Of a DNA stretch of 64,000 nt, positions 50,790 to 64,000 are shown one piece after another; the stretch's first letter is position 1; each line of letters opens with the position of its first letter. Under the pieces are notes generated by a model. It was not told the DNA's origin. It was given only the letters and a program-made list of their open reading frames with translations, and searched no databases. Origin of the DNA: Eremomyces bilateralis CBS 781.70 (Eukaryota). Made by a program: the position numbers and the translations under genes. The stretch lies in NCBI GenBank assembly GCA_010015585.1, contig ML975166.1, one strand, 5' to 3'.

Positions 50790-53700
50790 TCAATCTGAAT
50801 CGACCTCCTCCTCGAACCCCGCATCATCAATAAACCCCGCCCTCCGCTTCTCGTTCGCGAGCGTCGCGCCGCCTTTGTCAATGCCCGGCCCGATCAGCTC
50901 CTTCTTCCGTTCCAGCACCTGCACCGATTCCGAGGCCTTCTCCTCGGGCGTCTTCTTCCCAGGACCATGCAGTGGTGGCCTCCTGGGAGGTCTAGGCCTC
51001 GGTACTGGGCGGTGAGAAATCGGTGTTTCTCCAAAGTTGTCGGAAAGAGAAATGCGAGGAGTGACCTGTCTCCCCCGAGAATCTCTCAGATATACGTCCG
51101 ATAACTCGGTGTCATAGTCTACGTGTTCGTCATCGTAAGGCATCTATCCGTCGAAACCGCTCGCTCCTCGATCGATCGCACTATTTTACTCACCTGAGAC
51201 CCCGCTGACAGGGCCGTCGCCATGCGTCCATGACAGTGGAATCAGGTGTGAGTCGTCGATATGTTGCCAGAATAGCGGAAATGTCGAAAGCTCGGGGTAC
51301 TTCCCGCAGCCTTGCCACGCGCACGCGAATTTGCGGCTGGCCTCGTCCGGCTTGCCATGCATCTTCAGGACATGCTTTTTCAACGTCTCCAAGTTATGGA
51401 GACTGGCGCCGCATCCTTTCCACCGGCACGCAAACTCCAGCCGCCCGGGGCTTCGCAGGCGTTTTGCGGCTGCGGGGGACTCATGTTGACCTAGACGGGC
51501 GTTAACCATCAGAATCCCACCCGTGCCAATTCGTGCAAGATGCGGACTGTGTACGGCACCGGAGTTTGTTGCAGCTTGAGATGGCGGGCCGGAGTGGTGT
51601 TGGCCTTGAACGGCTTTGGAGTGGATACTCTTCCTCCACCCAACTGGTCGACCTTTCTTTTTGACAGGGTTGCCGTCCGCATCAACTTGGTGGGAGCGAA
51701 ATGCAGCGTAGCCCATACCGCCAGCTGGACCGGGGGAATTATTGATGGCTTGAGGCTTCGGTTTCGGATTCGGTTGCGACAAATGCGCACTGGGCCTGGC
51801 GCTGTCGGAATAATTGACGAAGTGAGATCCAGGTGCTTGTCTGCGTCCTGCAGGTGGAGGTCGTCCCCTCCGCGGTTTGATGCCCACGTGATGTGGCCGA
51901 GCTGACTCTGCAGAACCAACAGTTGTGACGCTCTGCTCACGCGGAACCAAGACATTCATGTTCACGGTTTCCTCGCCCTCGTCATCTGCATCAGATATCA
52001 CCGAATCGGCATTATCTTGTTGAAGATCATCCGGCTCCCCGGGGTCAATAATGTTCCAGTGGAGCGTACTCAAATCGGAGTTGCCGTCGATTTGTCGCAT
52101 ATTCTGCCGCAAGGGTTCCAAGTGATAGTTGAGAGCTCGTAGGTCCGGCCACTTGCCGGTAGCAATAAGCACATCCCGCGCAATGGTCTTCACATTATAG
52201 TGTGACCGACGAATAGCGTCCTGTCGCTGAATTGGATCCGCTAGCTTCACATCGTCACTGATATGAGGTCGATACGTGTTGGACGCCAGAGTCGGCGCAT
52301 TCATCACCATATGCATCTGCCCATTTTGATCCGCTTGACTCTGAATCTGAGGGTCGATGTTTGAAGCACCATTCACTACTTGGCCTTGGTTCGGACGTGG
52401 GTATGGAGGCTGGGTTGCGTATTGAACGGTATACGGGGCCAGTTTCATCATCTTCAACGGCGGTAGGTCGTCTTCATCACTGCTCATCATCGATAGATCC
52501 GCGATCTCGGAGAAGTTGCGTTTTCGTGCAGCTTCTTCCTTGGTTGCCGGTGGTTTGACTGGGTGTTTCTCGTCTAACCGAATGGGTTTGGGTAGCGTAG
52601 TAACCTTTGTCCTCGGCTTCGAGGAGGCAGGGGAGTCTACGCTACTTGCGATACCAGGACTTGGCTCCGGCCGGTTGACGAAGTATGGACTCTGAATAAC
52701 ACCCTGGCTTGGTTCGCCATAAGCGGGTCCACCTTGCCCTGGATGCGGGAATGAGCTGATATCCTGAGCTGATGGAAGCCACGGTGTCGCCTGCGTGTGC
52801 GGTTGAAGCGGAATCGGCGGCGGAATAGTAGGACTAGCTACGCCGTGGGGAGCAGCTGTCTTCTGTGGGGCTGCAGCATTGACATCCGGGGCTGCAGAGA
52901 GCAATGTCCTAGCAAAGGTGCCTCTTTCTAGGCGCAGCCCCATGCGTTCCAGTCGATCGCACAACCCGATATAAGATGGATTATCGTCTAGCATTGCGTG
53001 TACCAGTTCCTTTGTGACGGGATTTCCGGCATTGGTAGGGATGCCATTTAGGTACTGCGCCGCGGCCTCCGAGATCTTTCCCTTCTTTTCAATTGGCCAG
53101 ACTGTCGTCCCCGGAGGTCTGGTAGACTTTTGGCCGGGTATAGGTGTGGATGTCGGGATCGTCGGGCAGGGAAGGGCGGGTGCAGGGGTGGGCCTTGCCT
53201 GAGCTGGCAAAGGTTTAGCACGGTTCGCCGCACCGAAACCACCCAGCGGCTTCGACGATTGTTTAGGCGCGGTGGATGACGCGGCCGGAGAGAGATCCGT
53301 CTTCGTCTCTGATAACATCTGGGCCAACAGAGACGGATTCTTCTCTTTCATCCGCGCCACGAGCGCCATGAACTGTGCCGCGTCGTCCTCTTCCACCGGT
53401 TTCTTCTTCTGCGTCTTCTTTTTCTTTGGCTCTGCGGTCTTGATGCGCCATGCTTCTTCCGCTTTGCGCTCGGCTTCCTTACGTGCACGTTCCGCTCCCT
53501 CTGCCTGTTTCTTCTCTTCGGCTTCTTGCGCTAACCGCTTCTCTTCATCTTCTTGCGCAGCACGCGTCGCCTCCTCCTCGGCTGCCTGTAACCGTGCCGC
53601 TTCGAGTCGACGCTGATGTTCGGCCCGGGGGTCGTAGACCTGTGTGGGGTCCACCGTAATGGCTTGTGGCTCAACCGGAGCAAACAACGAGGGGTGCATG

Positions 53701-54419
53701 CTTGATGCAGGTTGAGTGACAGCGGGCAACGTCCTGCTAATCAGCCATTGGTCACCGTAGCCGCGACTGACATTCTGAAGGTTCCTTGACGCTTGTAACT
53801 GGGCAGGACTTGTAGACCTCTGGATTGGATCTTGTACTCGTTGCGGTTGCTGAAGGTTCGAAATCGCGTGTTGACTTTGCTCGTGTTGTTGTCGATCATG
53901 CACAGAGGGCGACTGGCGTTGGTGACTTGTTACTCGTCCCGAAGAGACGGAGTTAACCGATGGCGGTCGTGCTTGACCGGCGTATGCATTTTGAGCAACC
54001 GAATAGTCTTGCGTTGTAGAATACTGCATTTGGGGCTGACGAGTCGTGTTCGCACTGCTTCCATAAGATGTAGTATTCCCCAAGGGATCAGTTGTGCAGA
54101 TATTGGTGGCGTAGCCGGAGTTGTTCAAGGACAAATTGTATTGAGGGAGGCCAGAAGTGCGGATGCTGGTGGTTCTGGTCTGGTCTGAATTACTGATTCT
54201 CGGCGCGCCCACTGAGGTTCCGTACGCGGTGTGGTTTCCATCTGCCCTATACCAAGGGTTCGAACCATATGAGTTACCGCTAGCCGTCGCAGTGTGCTGG
54301 TATTGCGAGGAGGCGGTCGAGGTTGGATACGAATGTCCTTGCGATTGTTGGTAGGTATTGTATACCGCTTGGCCCGTTTGGTGCGTGTTATGGCCGAAGT
54401 AATTCGGATATTGTGACAT
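50790..54419 (-). CDS. Large nuclear protein with AT-hook-like motifs and C-terminal C2H2 zinc fingers
   Basis: ORF over 1070 aa; PRRGRPP and KKKGRPVGWRK; CRWKGC..LKKHVLKMH and CAWQGC..FWQHIDDSH; one 3' intron (about 51145-51192). Confidence 0.88.
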
Positions 54420-54687
54420 GACAAAAAGTACTCGACGCTCCACCGTCGCACCTTCCGTTCGCGACTAGTTGCTAGTATGTTGGTCATTTCGAAGCCTACT
54501 AGATGCGATCATGGTGAATGCAATGCGCAAGGGAACATGAAATATGACATTAGCGGTGCAATCGACCAAAGCGTTGAAGAAATGGCAACCAGCGGTGACA
54601 CGACGCGAAGAATTGGAGTTCACTACTGTGCTGTGACTTCTGATGGTGGCAGATATCAAATCACGACAGGAACGCGACAGGCCAATG

Positions 54688-54714
54688 CACGTGATCGACA
54701 GGACAAGCCACGTG
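54688..54714. promoter_or_regulatory. Two CACGTG E-boxes (Cbf1-type bHLH sites) in the divergent promoter upstream of RPL26
   Basis: CACGTGAT at 54688 and 54709, 21 bp apart, interleaved with CGACAGG repeats. Cbf1 sites are known in fungal ribosomal-protein promoters; function here is inferred. Confidence 0.55.
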
Positions 54715-54931
54715 ATTGGAGAGTTTTATGTCCGGTGGCCTTTTTGTCTCAATGTCAGAAACTCAGAATGTCTCGAGCGTAGATTGCGCACGGACCACCC
54801 ATCGGCTCTGGGAAAATCCGCTTCACAACGTCGGTTACTAAGCGTCTTGGCACGCACTTCCACTTCCACACTACATTTTTGTATCCTCACGATCATCACT
54901 TTGTAAGGCGACTCCGACCAACACCATCGCC

Positions 54932-55500
54932 ATGACGAAACAACTCACCTCAGGTTCGTAGCTTTCTCTAGACAATGCCGACCATCGTCAGCTAATTCTT
55001 TACATCAGGGATCGCCTCCTCGCGGAGGAAGTCGCGCAAGGCGCATTTCAGCGCTCCGTCCAGCGTTCGACGAGTGATCATGAGCGCTCCTCTTTCCAAG
55101 GAATTGAGGGATAAATACAACGTACGATCACTGAACCGCTTCCGCCTTTTCTTGCTGCCCAACTCGCTATTCTGGGCACGCGCTACCAAGCGGTGACACT
55201 TGAAACTAACAATGCTTTTGCCAGGTGCGATCCATGCCCGTCCGAAAAGACGACGAAGTCATCATCACCCGAGGCGCCAACAAGGGCCGCACCGGCAAGG
55301 TCACCTCCGTCTACCGTCTTCGATATGTCCTCCACATCGCTTCCGTCGTCCGAGAGAAGTCGAATGGCCAGTCGGTCCCGATCGGAATTGCCGCTTCCAA
55401 GGTCTCCATCACCTCCTTGAAGCTGGACAAGGACCGGGAATCCATTCTCGAGAGGGCAGCAAAGGGCCGTGAGACGGGGAAGAAGGATGCGTCGGCATGA
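54932..55500 (+). CDS. RPL26: 60S ribosomal protein L26 (uL24)
   Basis: [45 protein letters not shown]; introns about 54954-55008 and 55122-55224. Confidence 0.97.
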
Positions 55501-56640
55501 GCGATTCAAAATGGGCATATGGTTTCCTACGGGGCATTAGCGGCGTGACTGGTTCAATTACCAAATCCTGTGAATGGACCGATCGTGTTCTTGCGATCTT
55601 ATGATGGCAGCATCGGCATCGAGTTGCTCAAAATCGAACATTCAATCGAATTCATAGACACGTTCACAACTTGGTGTGATGTCCAAATATCTCGACCAGG
55701 TGATGAGACTGCCAATGGACGCGGTCACCAGAATGCTATCCTAGCAATTTGTCCAGACCTCCCCGCTGAATAATCTACTACTCGGCAACCGCCTCCGTCC
55801 ATGTGGCATTCCATGGTTGCTCGCAGTTATACTCTTAGCGTAGATCGAAGGTAAGGTTGCACACGCCCCCTCGACGGCAGACCTCTCTGTACTCTGGAGT
55901 CCAGCTTCTTTGAGGTTTGACGATGAGCAACATGATCTGGAATCGAAGCAGGATGGGGTTGCTCCTCTGATCAATGGCAACTGAACAGTGTCTTCACACG
56001 GCTATGCTAGCCTTTAAATTCAGTATGTCATCGAGGTCGGCCAGAACAGTTGGTTTGAGGTCAATCCAAAGCCTCTGGCGAGTGGCGCTGTTCCCCATCA
56101 CGGTTAGCTCCCTGGAATCGCATTCCCCAACCTATTGGATTAACCAGTCCATCACCCTTAAGATCACCGCTGGATTGGTTAACATCTTTAGATCCAGCAG
56201 CCACACTGTCGCAAAATGTGCGTTCAGCCGGTCTGCCTCGATCGTTGCGCTTACAACATTAACTCATACTATGAACAACATTGTTTCAAGCAGGAGTTCC
56301 CTTACGTGCGAGTCGATTCGATCCGTCCCACGTCGATTGGAATGGAGAAGCCGAAACACCCTCGAAACAATGCCGTCGAATAATCATTTGCGGCCACAGC
56401 CATCTTACATCTGTAAGGCGATTCACATTTTAGAGCATTGAATTTCAGACTGGTTCAGTGGGTGTAGTATATCCCACTGGCCTCCTAACTTATGAGTGGT
56501 CACATTAAAAGGCCAGGAGCCTAGGATGGCTATGATTATCCCATTTCTTAAAGTGTGACTCAACGACGACAGCTCTCTCCGTCTACTATCCTCATTTCAG
56601 TCAACACCGTTCTAATTTCTTTAGGAGAAATCAAAACCCA

Positions 56641-58588
56641 ATGGCGACGGGTTTAAGCCTGATAAGTGATAACAGTCCCATATGATATTTTTCATATGAT
56701 ATTGGACAAATGCTGCAGTCCAACACTACCTTCCGACAGCAAGGTTAACTGGCTATTTGAAATTGACTGCAGCAGGTACACCAAAGGATGGGAGAAGCCA
56801 GTATTCGACCTGTCTAACAAAGAAGGAATTGAGAATTTCAATAACTTCCGTTTGGTGTCCGGAGAGTATAGAAGAGCTTCGGAATCCAGGTTTTTCAAAA
56901 AGGTGTTTCTGCGCGACAGAGGGAGCCTCAATCTAGTAGATCAAGCGGTATCGACGCGCTTGACCAACTTCAGTGACTCGCTATGCTCCATCGTTCAGGA
57001 ACTCCATATAGGCCCTTTCGATGGTGATCTTCCGGACTACTTGGAACCTGAGGTTCTCATGCAAATACTTGGCAACTTGAAAGATTTGCGTTGTTTTGGG
57101 TATGGTTCTTTCGATCTCACCGAACGATTCTAAGAGCATGCTGACGACGGTGAAGTTGGTATACATCATCGATGGTTCCTGTGTCAGTCCTGCGCATGCT
57201 GGAGAAGCACCATCCGGCAGCGGGCAGCCCGTCTTAGCGTCAGGAATCGAGCACGCAAAGGGCGAAAGCTTGACCGGCAACTACTGGGCTCGTCCAGCCT
57301 CCACACCCTATCGTTGAATTTGCTTGCTGATCGTCTCTCGGGAGACAGAGAAGTGTTCTCTGAATTCGGACCATTCAAAAAGCTTGTTGTTGGTAGCAGA
57401 TCACTACGAGTGCTCCGAATTGATATCGAGCAAGGCATCCCCGCTCCTGGGACAGGCTCATACGAACAGATACAACTCCCCTTAAGCAACTCCGACATAT
57501 TACTACCCCTCGAAGAGTTGAGGCTGCCACCGCTTAATTACCGAATCAACCCAACTTATTGCAACGCCCTAGTCCAAGGTTTGAATGGAGTGCGTCTTGA
57601 TCTCAACGAGTACTCTCCACCACGTCTCCTACAAAGGTTAACCGGACGAATTCCCAACTTGACATCGATACGGCTCGGCTTTGACTGCGTGCCACAGGCG
57701 TGGGGAAATTGCAGCAGGGATCAAGGCCCTGAGATGGTTAAGAAGTTCTTTCTCTCAATCCGCCGGCTTGAAGAGATGGTGATATGGAACAACGACTCCG
57801 TGATCTGGAAAGCCATTGAGAAAGACGTTCTAGAGGTCCATAAAGAAAGCTCCCGGCGCATCAAAACTTCGGATACGGGACTTAGGCACAGTTGGGGAAA
57901 GGAGCATTTCGATATACTGTCGAATTGCCGGTCTCGATTAGAAATCCTAGATGTTAAGCTAGGAATGGAAGAGAGTATGAGCGCAGGGCGGGTGGGGTGG
58001 TTCTGGGTGAGAATTTCATTTACTTTGATGTTGTCGAAATGTCTGGCTGACGGCCATGCTTAGCCAGAAACAGCTCTCACAGTCGCAACTGATTTACCGG
58101 TCCAGATTCTTCAAGTCGGCATAACATTCAGCAAGGACAGCATCCTTGGGCGAGGAAGTTCTGCCACGACTGTCATATCGCGACCCGACGATCCTAGCCA
58201 GTATCTTCCACCTGCCAACTTTGAGAGCACATATCGGATCGACCGCGGTAATGCAGTGTATATGCAAGCGCTGCGTAAATTGGGAACCCAGACTGTTAAC
58301 GAATTCATGAGGCGCTCGAATGATCACCCAATCCGACGTGTATGCATTATCGCCGAGTGTATAGATATGATACAGATCAGTAAATGGATCAAGATGGAGA
58401 AGACTCTAGTGGTTGGAGAATAGAAGAGCACGGGGCCGGAAAAAATGTACTTGTGGAGGATATACTCTATATCCCAGGGTATTAGCCCACATGTGGTACA
58501 CTGCAAGGAGCGACTCGCCCGGAAACAAGGTGAATTGGAAGGATGGGCAGAGGAGATGCTCAGATTACAGGAACAACGTAATAATTAG
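56641..58588 (+). pseudogene. F-box-like/leucine-rich hypothetical gene disrupted by two 7-nt insertions
   Basis: Removing 7 nt at about 56666 and 57222 restores one frame: MATGLSLITVPYDIFHMILD..HPAARLSVRN..LRVLRIDI..LEELRL. Introns 57100-57155 and 58007-58063. In-frame TAG at 58421-58423 is either the true stop or a third lesion. Confidence 0.7.
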
Positions 58589-58664
58589 CAAAAGGATGGC
58601 AGTTCCTAACGCATCATACCAGTGATAAGATCAACCTGTGGAGTAAATTGAGCCGTATATCGTC

Positions 58665-58699
58665 CAGAACCGCAGCACAGAACCGCAGCACAGAACCGC
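58665..58699. repeat. 13-bp tandem repeat CAGAACCGCAGCA, about 2.7 copies
   Basis: Direct reading of the sequence. Confidence 0.8.
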
Positions 58700-59669
58700 G
58701 CGTCTTCCACTAATTGGCCATTAAAGTAGGGAAAAGAGTATGATATCTCTGCATCCTGCATCCAAGTAGCCAACCGCTATCGATGTCTCCTGCTCTGCGT
58801 AGTTTACCCAAGTCCCGGGATCTGGTCAACCGAATTCCATCGAAGGATATTGGTTCAGTTGACCGCGATAGAGAATACACCCTGGCTGCATATGCTGCAC
58901 GAGAATATCTCTCCACTAGCGTTGAAACACTCGACTCTTCATCGGCTGCACATTACTTGCTGGCCAGGACGGATCCCGATGTCGCCTTTCCGGGTCGAGT
59001 CACGACTCGAGTCCTGCAGCTGCTGTACCAGGCTGGTATGATAAAGAGATTTGTTGACATGTAAGGATAGAATTTGTCGAGGTAAAATCGGAATCTCTCA
59101 GAAGAAATTGGGCAAAATATGGGAAAGCGCAAGTCCCCAATCCACCCGAAAGACCTTAGAGTAGACCCTCAGTTGAGTCAGTATATTTACAACACTGGTG
59201 CTTGTATGCTGCATAAATCTAGCGCTCTGCAGCATAGCCGGGTTTCTGCATTCGGTGTCGATTCATCTGTGCAGGATCAAAACGTGGCTAACTGGTCAGC
59301 AACAAAGTAAGTAACTCCGTTCGGTTCCTGCTAAGTCGGAGTGGAGTTGCGAAATCGCCCCTCCACTTGACACAATCAGCCTGAGATGGAGGAACTGCCG
59401 CAGTGACGTGGGGCTCGCAACTGGTAAGAATCCGGCATTATTTGCAGCAACCTACACATTTCTTTTTCCAATTTTGCTACCTCGAATCACGCCCGGTTGC
59501 TGATCGTGACCATTTGCTAGCTTAAGTGAACTAGGTCCTCTGTGGGAGTGACTCGGGCGAGGTGAGGCAGTTTGCGTCAGACGGTGTTTTCAACTGCACT
59601 TCGGTACCAGACAAAGCGAACCACCATAATTGCGGTTAGTGGATTGAAGTGGTAGTAAGAGCTGCAGAT

Positions 59670-61036
59670 ATGGCCAAACCAAAAGTGTTGCTCTTGGGCG
59701 AAATCCAACAGTATGTGGAGCATTTCACGATATCCCATCTCTGGTCTGCTTAGGACACCAAGCACCCAACCCAGCGAATAATGGATGGGAGATAATTGGT
59801 ATCGAAAGATACCTACCGCCTTAGGGAATGATATATTTCCTCTACAGTGAGGTGCGGATTTAATGAGATACCTAACTGACTTCATATTCTCCTATTGCAC
59901 AGCGCAGGCGCAGTCTGGGAGAAATCGGTCGCGTCGATCGCGGACGTTCTGGAACCGAACTCGACGAACCGAGCCGAGTTCCTCGAGGAGTGCAAAAGCG
60001 GACGATTCGATGGTGTCGTGGCCGCCTATCGAACCTTCGACAGCGTCGCGGTCACTGGGATGATCGACCAGGAGCTGGTTGCGGTGTTACCGAAGAGCTT
60101 AAAGTTCCTCAGTCACAATGGTGAGTGACGTTAGAATATATTGGGCAGAGCTATTCCACAGCTAACGACAAAAAAGGGGCGGGATACGATCAGGTGGATG
60201 TCCACGCTTGCTCTGAGCGGGACCCTCCAATATTGGTCTCTAATACCCCCACCGCCGTCAATGATGCCACCGCCGACGTAAACATGTTCTTGATCATCGG
60301 GGCACTGCGTGGTTTCAATACCTCGATGCTTGCTCTTCGCGATGGCAAATGGAGGGGCTCCCCGCTTCCACCCCTCGGTCAAGATCCGCAAGGAAAGGTG
60401 CTAGGAATCCTCGGCATGGGTGGCATCGGACGGAACCTGAAGAAGAAAGCCGAAGCGTTTGAGATGAAAGTCATCTATCACAATCGCCGGAAGTTGGACG
60501 CGGAGCTGTGTGGAGGTGCTGAGTACGTGAGTTTTGACGAGCTGCTGGCCAAGAGCGATGTGTTGAGCTTGAATTTGCCGTTGAATGTGAGTGTACCCCC
60601 GAGGAGCAATAGGAAGCGAACTGTGCTAACCTCCCCGTAGAAACACACCCGCCATATCATCTCTGACGCCGAATTCGCCAAAATGAAGCAAGGAGTGGTC
60701 ATCGTGAACACCGCGCGAGGAGCAGTGATCGATGAAGCCGCTCTAGTGCGTGCGCTCGATTCTGGTCGGGTACGGAGCTGCGGATTAGATGTCTACGAAG
60801 AGGAGCCGAAAATCCACCCGGGTCTTGTGGCCAATCCAAATGTGATGCTTGTGCCGCATATGGGAACTTGGACTGTCGAAGTAAGGAAGACCTCGGAGAG
60901 TATTCTGCAAGTACCATGCTAACACCACTGCTAGACCCAGACTGCAATGGAGGAATGGAACATCGGCAACGTCCAAGCTGCGATTGAGAAGGGGAAATTG
61001 AACAGCATCGTCCCTGAACAGGAAGGGATGGCATAA
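59670..61036 (+). CDS. D-isomer-specific 2-hydroxyacid dehydrogenase (glyoxylate reductase-like)
   Basis: MAKPKVLLLGEI, SHN|GAGYDQ, GILGMGGIG, VNTARG, GLDVYEEEP and PHMGT; four introns. Confidence 0.95.
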
Positions 61037-63793
61037 TTCAGAGAGCCGACGCGAGATGACAATGACGGGAATAGAGAACAAAATCCATTGACTTTCTTAC
61101 AGCGTTCCTAGGACCGGTTGAGCAGGGAAAGGCGTAGGGGTGAAAATCAATATGCTTATTGGATCGAGATAGAATACGATAGAATCTTCCTCTACAAAGC
61201 CGAGATATCAAATCGATACCTCGAGCGCGTGCTACAGTCCATTTTGAATTGCTTCGCTAAGCGCAGTCATACTTCGCCCAGGAGTCATTTCTTCTATGGA
61301 TGATACCTAGCTGAATTCGCAGGCACTGTCAAGGCAGGGCCATGCCTCCATGAATAACGAGACGGTGTTGTTGACCGTATTTGATGGAGCGAATGGACGA
61401 GGGAATTAAGAGAAAAGGAGAGGTTGGATCAGATATTGTTCCCGTACTCCGTACATTTCGCAGTTTGCACCAATTGTCGGTGCTCCAGGCGTCGAGCCCC
61501 TAGCCCCCTGCTTCCAAGATCCCAGCGATCTACGAACTGACCAGTATTGAATATTATTGCTATTTGCTATGTACTTACCCATGATTTATGAACCCATATC
61601 TTAAAGTGTGAGCCGTGAGGATTTTTAGTGCCAACTGCCAAGTGCCCCACTTCCAGAAGAAGAAAGGCTGGTTCCGGTTCTCGTTTTCGCATCATCAACA
61701 CTCCACTGAACCGACAGTGGCTGTCAGCGCCAAACATTAGCGTCCGCACGTGAGCGGGAGAAACCGCGGTCAACTGTCAAGGGGATGAAACGAAGGAGGG
61801 CTGCGAGAAATCAACGTCGAACATCTAAGCCCCTCATTAATTGCGAATTCAATGATGATTCTATGATTCAATGCTATGGTTCCATGATATACGCTGCATA
61901 GTGTATTACATGTCGAACCATACCATGTAGATGAACACCCTCCTCCCAATCTACCTGGATTACATTTACACTTCGCGAGAGCCCTAGAGACTCCTAAGCC
62001 CTAATAAATTAATAAGTCAATGTAAGGGGATAGGAACAGGAGAACAGACACAAATTGGGGGTTTCTGTAATACCCCTGGCCAAGGTAACCGAAGATGTGG
62101 GATCGATTGACTTGCTAAATATTTGACAAGGCTGGAAGGCTGGGGGGCTGGGAGACTGGGACAACGACGTTTGTTGTCGAATAGCCGTCGTTGTCCAACC
62201 GCCGTGTCATAATACACGCCACGGTCACCACTTGTTGCCAGCGTGCAGATCTGCACTCTTACTGCTGACTGGCACCGGAAGCACAAGCACAACAGCCCGA
62301 AGCTGTTGTACGAATGATTTGTGTGATCCCAGCCTCCGAGGACCATAGGGAATTTGGGAAACCATCACCGACCGTTGAACCTGCTCAGCCTCCCGAGGAG
62401 ATTGAGAAAGTTATGTCGTCTTGGCGGAGCAGTGGATTGGCGCCGTGAAGCGGTTCTGCCAAGCGAAGATAGTCAACAAGACTCAGGAATATTCGATGGC
62501 AATCCAATATGTCTTTGATTTGGCCGATCCTTGACACCATGGGAATGTGATGCGATGTGATTGCAATGTGCTTACTGCTTGGATGAGTTTAGTACTTTGG
62601 AACTATTGGAAGAAATGGATGGCAACGGCCAACGACTAACGAGGAGCACAGTAGCATGAACCTGTGGGCTGAGCTGATAGCTGGGGAAGCTATCGACTTG
62701 GAGTGGAGGATCGACACTCTCATTTCGGAATCTCCTTGCTTAGAGTTTAGCCTTGTAGTGTTCTCTTTCATCGCAGGAGGACGTTTCAATTTTCAACCAG
62801 TAATGCGGCACAGTCCCAACTCCCAAACGACAGATGGTGGCACAGCCGTACTCCGTATCCCGTCAGCGTTCAGAGCTCAGAGGATGGACATTGGACAGGT
62901 ATTATCTCGCTCAAAAGTCAAAAGAGTCCAAACAGCCCCCATTGGCAATCTCCATACCTAATCACACTGAAACCTCAAAAAGGCTTGGTAAAGCTTGTTC
63001 AACGGGGCAGAAGATGTTTTGTTCGGTTCCATCTAATCCACAGTGTGGCTGCGAAACAGCCTTTCAGGGTGTATCCTCCCTCCAGCCGGCTACCAGGGCG
63101 TTCCATTCGTTCGTCTTGATTCATTCCTTTAATTGTTACTGGTCCCGTCATCCTGTTCCATGCACGCTGCCAGTCACAACCCAGGATGGCATAAGGTTGT
63201 TTCTGAGTTGAGTGAGTTCTAAAATGAAAGAGCTTGGACTTCGGATGAGGACATCTGCAAGGGGCCGGGGGGCCTGAGAAACACATCTCCCGTCGTTTAT
63301 ATCGGTTTGTTCCCGTCATGATCGTCCCGGATTTTCCTACGCCTTAGCCTTCGACCTCACATTCTGTACTTCAAGTCACCTTGTGTACCTCCAGCCTCTC
63401 GTTTCCTGTGGATTCTTCTTCGCAGTCGCAATCCCAGCTCGTCGTCATCCTTTCCTCGCAGAAAGGTTTCGTTGCCACAACACATTCCTCTTGAAAGCCA
63501 ATTGCACCAGAAACTGTGTATTTGGTGGTTAACGAGAGGCATATTTGTGACGGTCAAGGATTTTATTAGCTCTTTCCGTGGAATAACCCTACATCGTTTA
63601 GGTACACCGCTTGCTGAGATTGACGACTACGCTATTCTCATCCTCCTTCATTAATCGGGCTTGTCTAATCGACGGTGAATAGATTGTGGAGTGAGGTCGT
63701 TTGCATCTCGAGCAGCCGTTGACTTGCCCCCGAATCAAATACTTCTGGAAACCACAGCCAATACAACTCCTTCACGACTAGCTACCATCCACC

Positions 63794-64000
63794 ATGATTT
63801 TCTCCAAGCTCACCGTCGCCTCAGCCATGGCCGCCGTGGCCTTCGGCCAAACTACCGGAAAACTTGGGGACGCCGCCGAGACCACCGACAACCCGCTCGG
63901 CGCCGTCTACGTAGCGAGCTTCTCCCCGAAAGGCTCATCCAAGGTCAGCGGCTCCATCGTCGCGTCCTCGGGACCCGATGGCGAAGGCGTGCACTTCTCC
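63794..64000 (+). CDS. 5' part of a secreted Cu/Zn-fold superoxide dismutase (SOD5-like), truncated by window end
   Basis: ACCATG start, signal peptide MIFSKLTVASAMAAVAFG, then TTGKLGDAAETTDNPLGAVYVA..VSGSIVASSGPDGEGVHFS as in fungal extracellular SODs; metal ligands lie beyond the window. Confidence 0.75.
   Translation, partial: MIFSKLTVASAMAAVAFGQTTGKLGDAAETTDNPLGAVYVASFSPKGSSKVSGSIVASSGPDGEGVHFS

Noticed and set aside
55900..56441. 155-aa plus ORF and a stop-interrupted minus frame
   Set aside because: Possibly a decayed minus-strand gene, but no family can be recognised.
59712..59902. Possible 4-nt micro-exon (CTACAG-TGAG-GTGCGG) in the long first intron of the dehydrogenase
   Set aside because: Simple splicing is already in frame and no good branch site precedes the internal acceptor; needs RNA-seq.
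62000..63000. Coding-like minus-strand fragments
   Set aside because: Multiple stops and no identifiable domain.

Overview
Gene-dense 64 kb window from a filamentous ascomycete (Pezizomycotina inferred from short GT..AG introns with CTRAC/CTAAC branch sites and fungal gene families; class not determinable). Housekeeping genes: KGD1, RIB2-like deaminase, TDP1-like, OST4, HEM25, prefoldin 1, alkaline ceramidase, beta-tubulin, TMA46, RPL26, a 2-hydroxyacid dehydrogenase and the start of a secreted SOD5-like gene. Accessory genes: a Zn2Cys6 factor, two Cys-rich zinc-finger genes, a cutinase-like gene, a CYP65-like P450, an SDR, a PIR cell-wall protein, a phenol monooxygenase and a pectate lyase. 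Transposon traces: an intact AT-rich, five-intron, probably transposon-derived gene at the left edge, a Tc1/mariner deletion derivative with RIP-type stops, and a MITE-like repeat relic. A GH35 pseudogene is also present. Most notable: (1) a cutinase-like protein whose catalytic Asp and His are separated by about 170 residues including a Gly/Leu/Ser repeat and a possible dibasic cleavage site; (2) a Zn2Cys6 gene interrupted by one in-frame TAG in a context matching fungal A-to-I stop-codon repair; (3) an F-box-like gene broken by two +7 insertions with the same hAT-type excision-footprint architecture. Gene models were spliced by eye, so exon boundaries may be off by a few bases and family calls rest on recognised motifs, not database searches.
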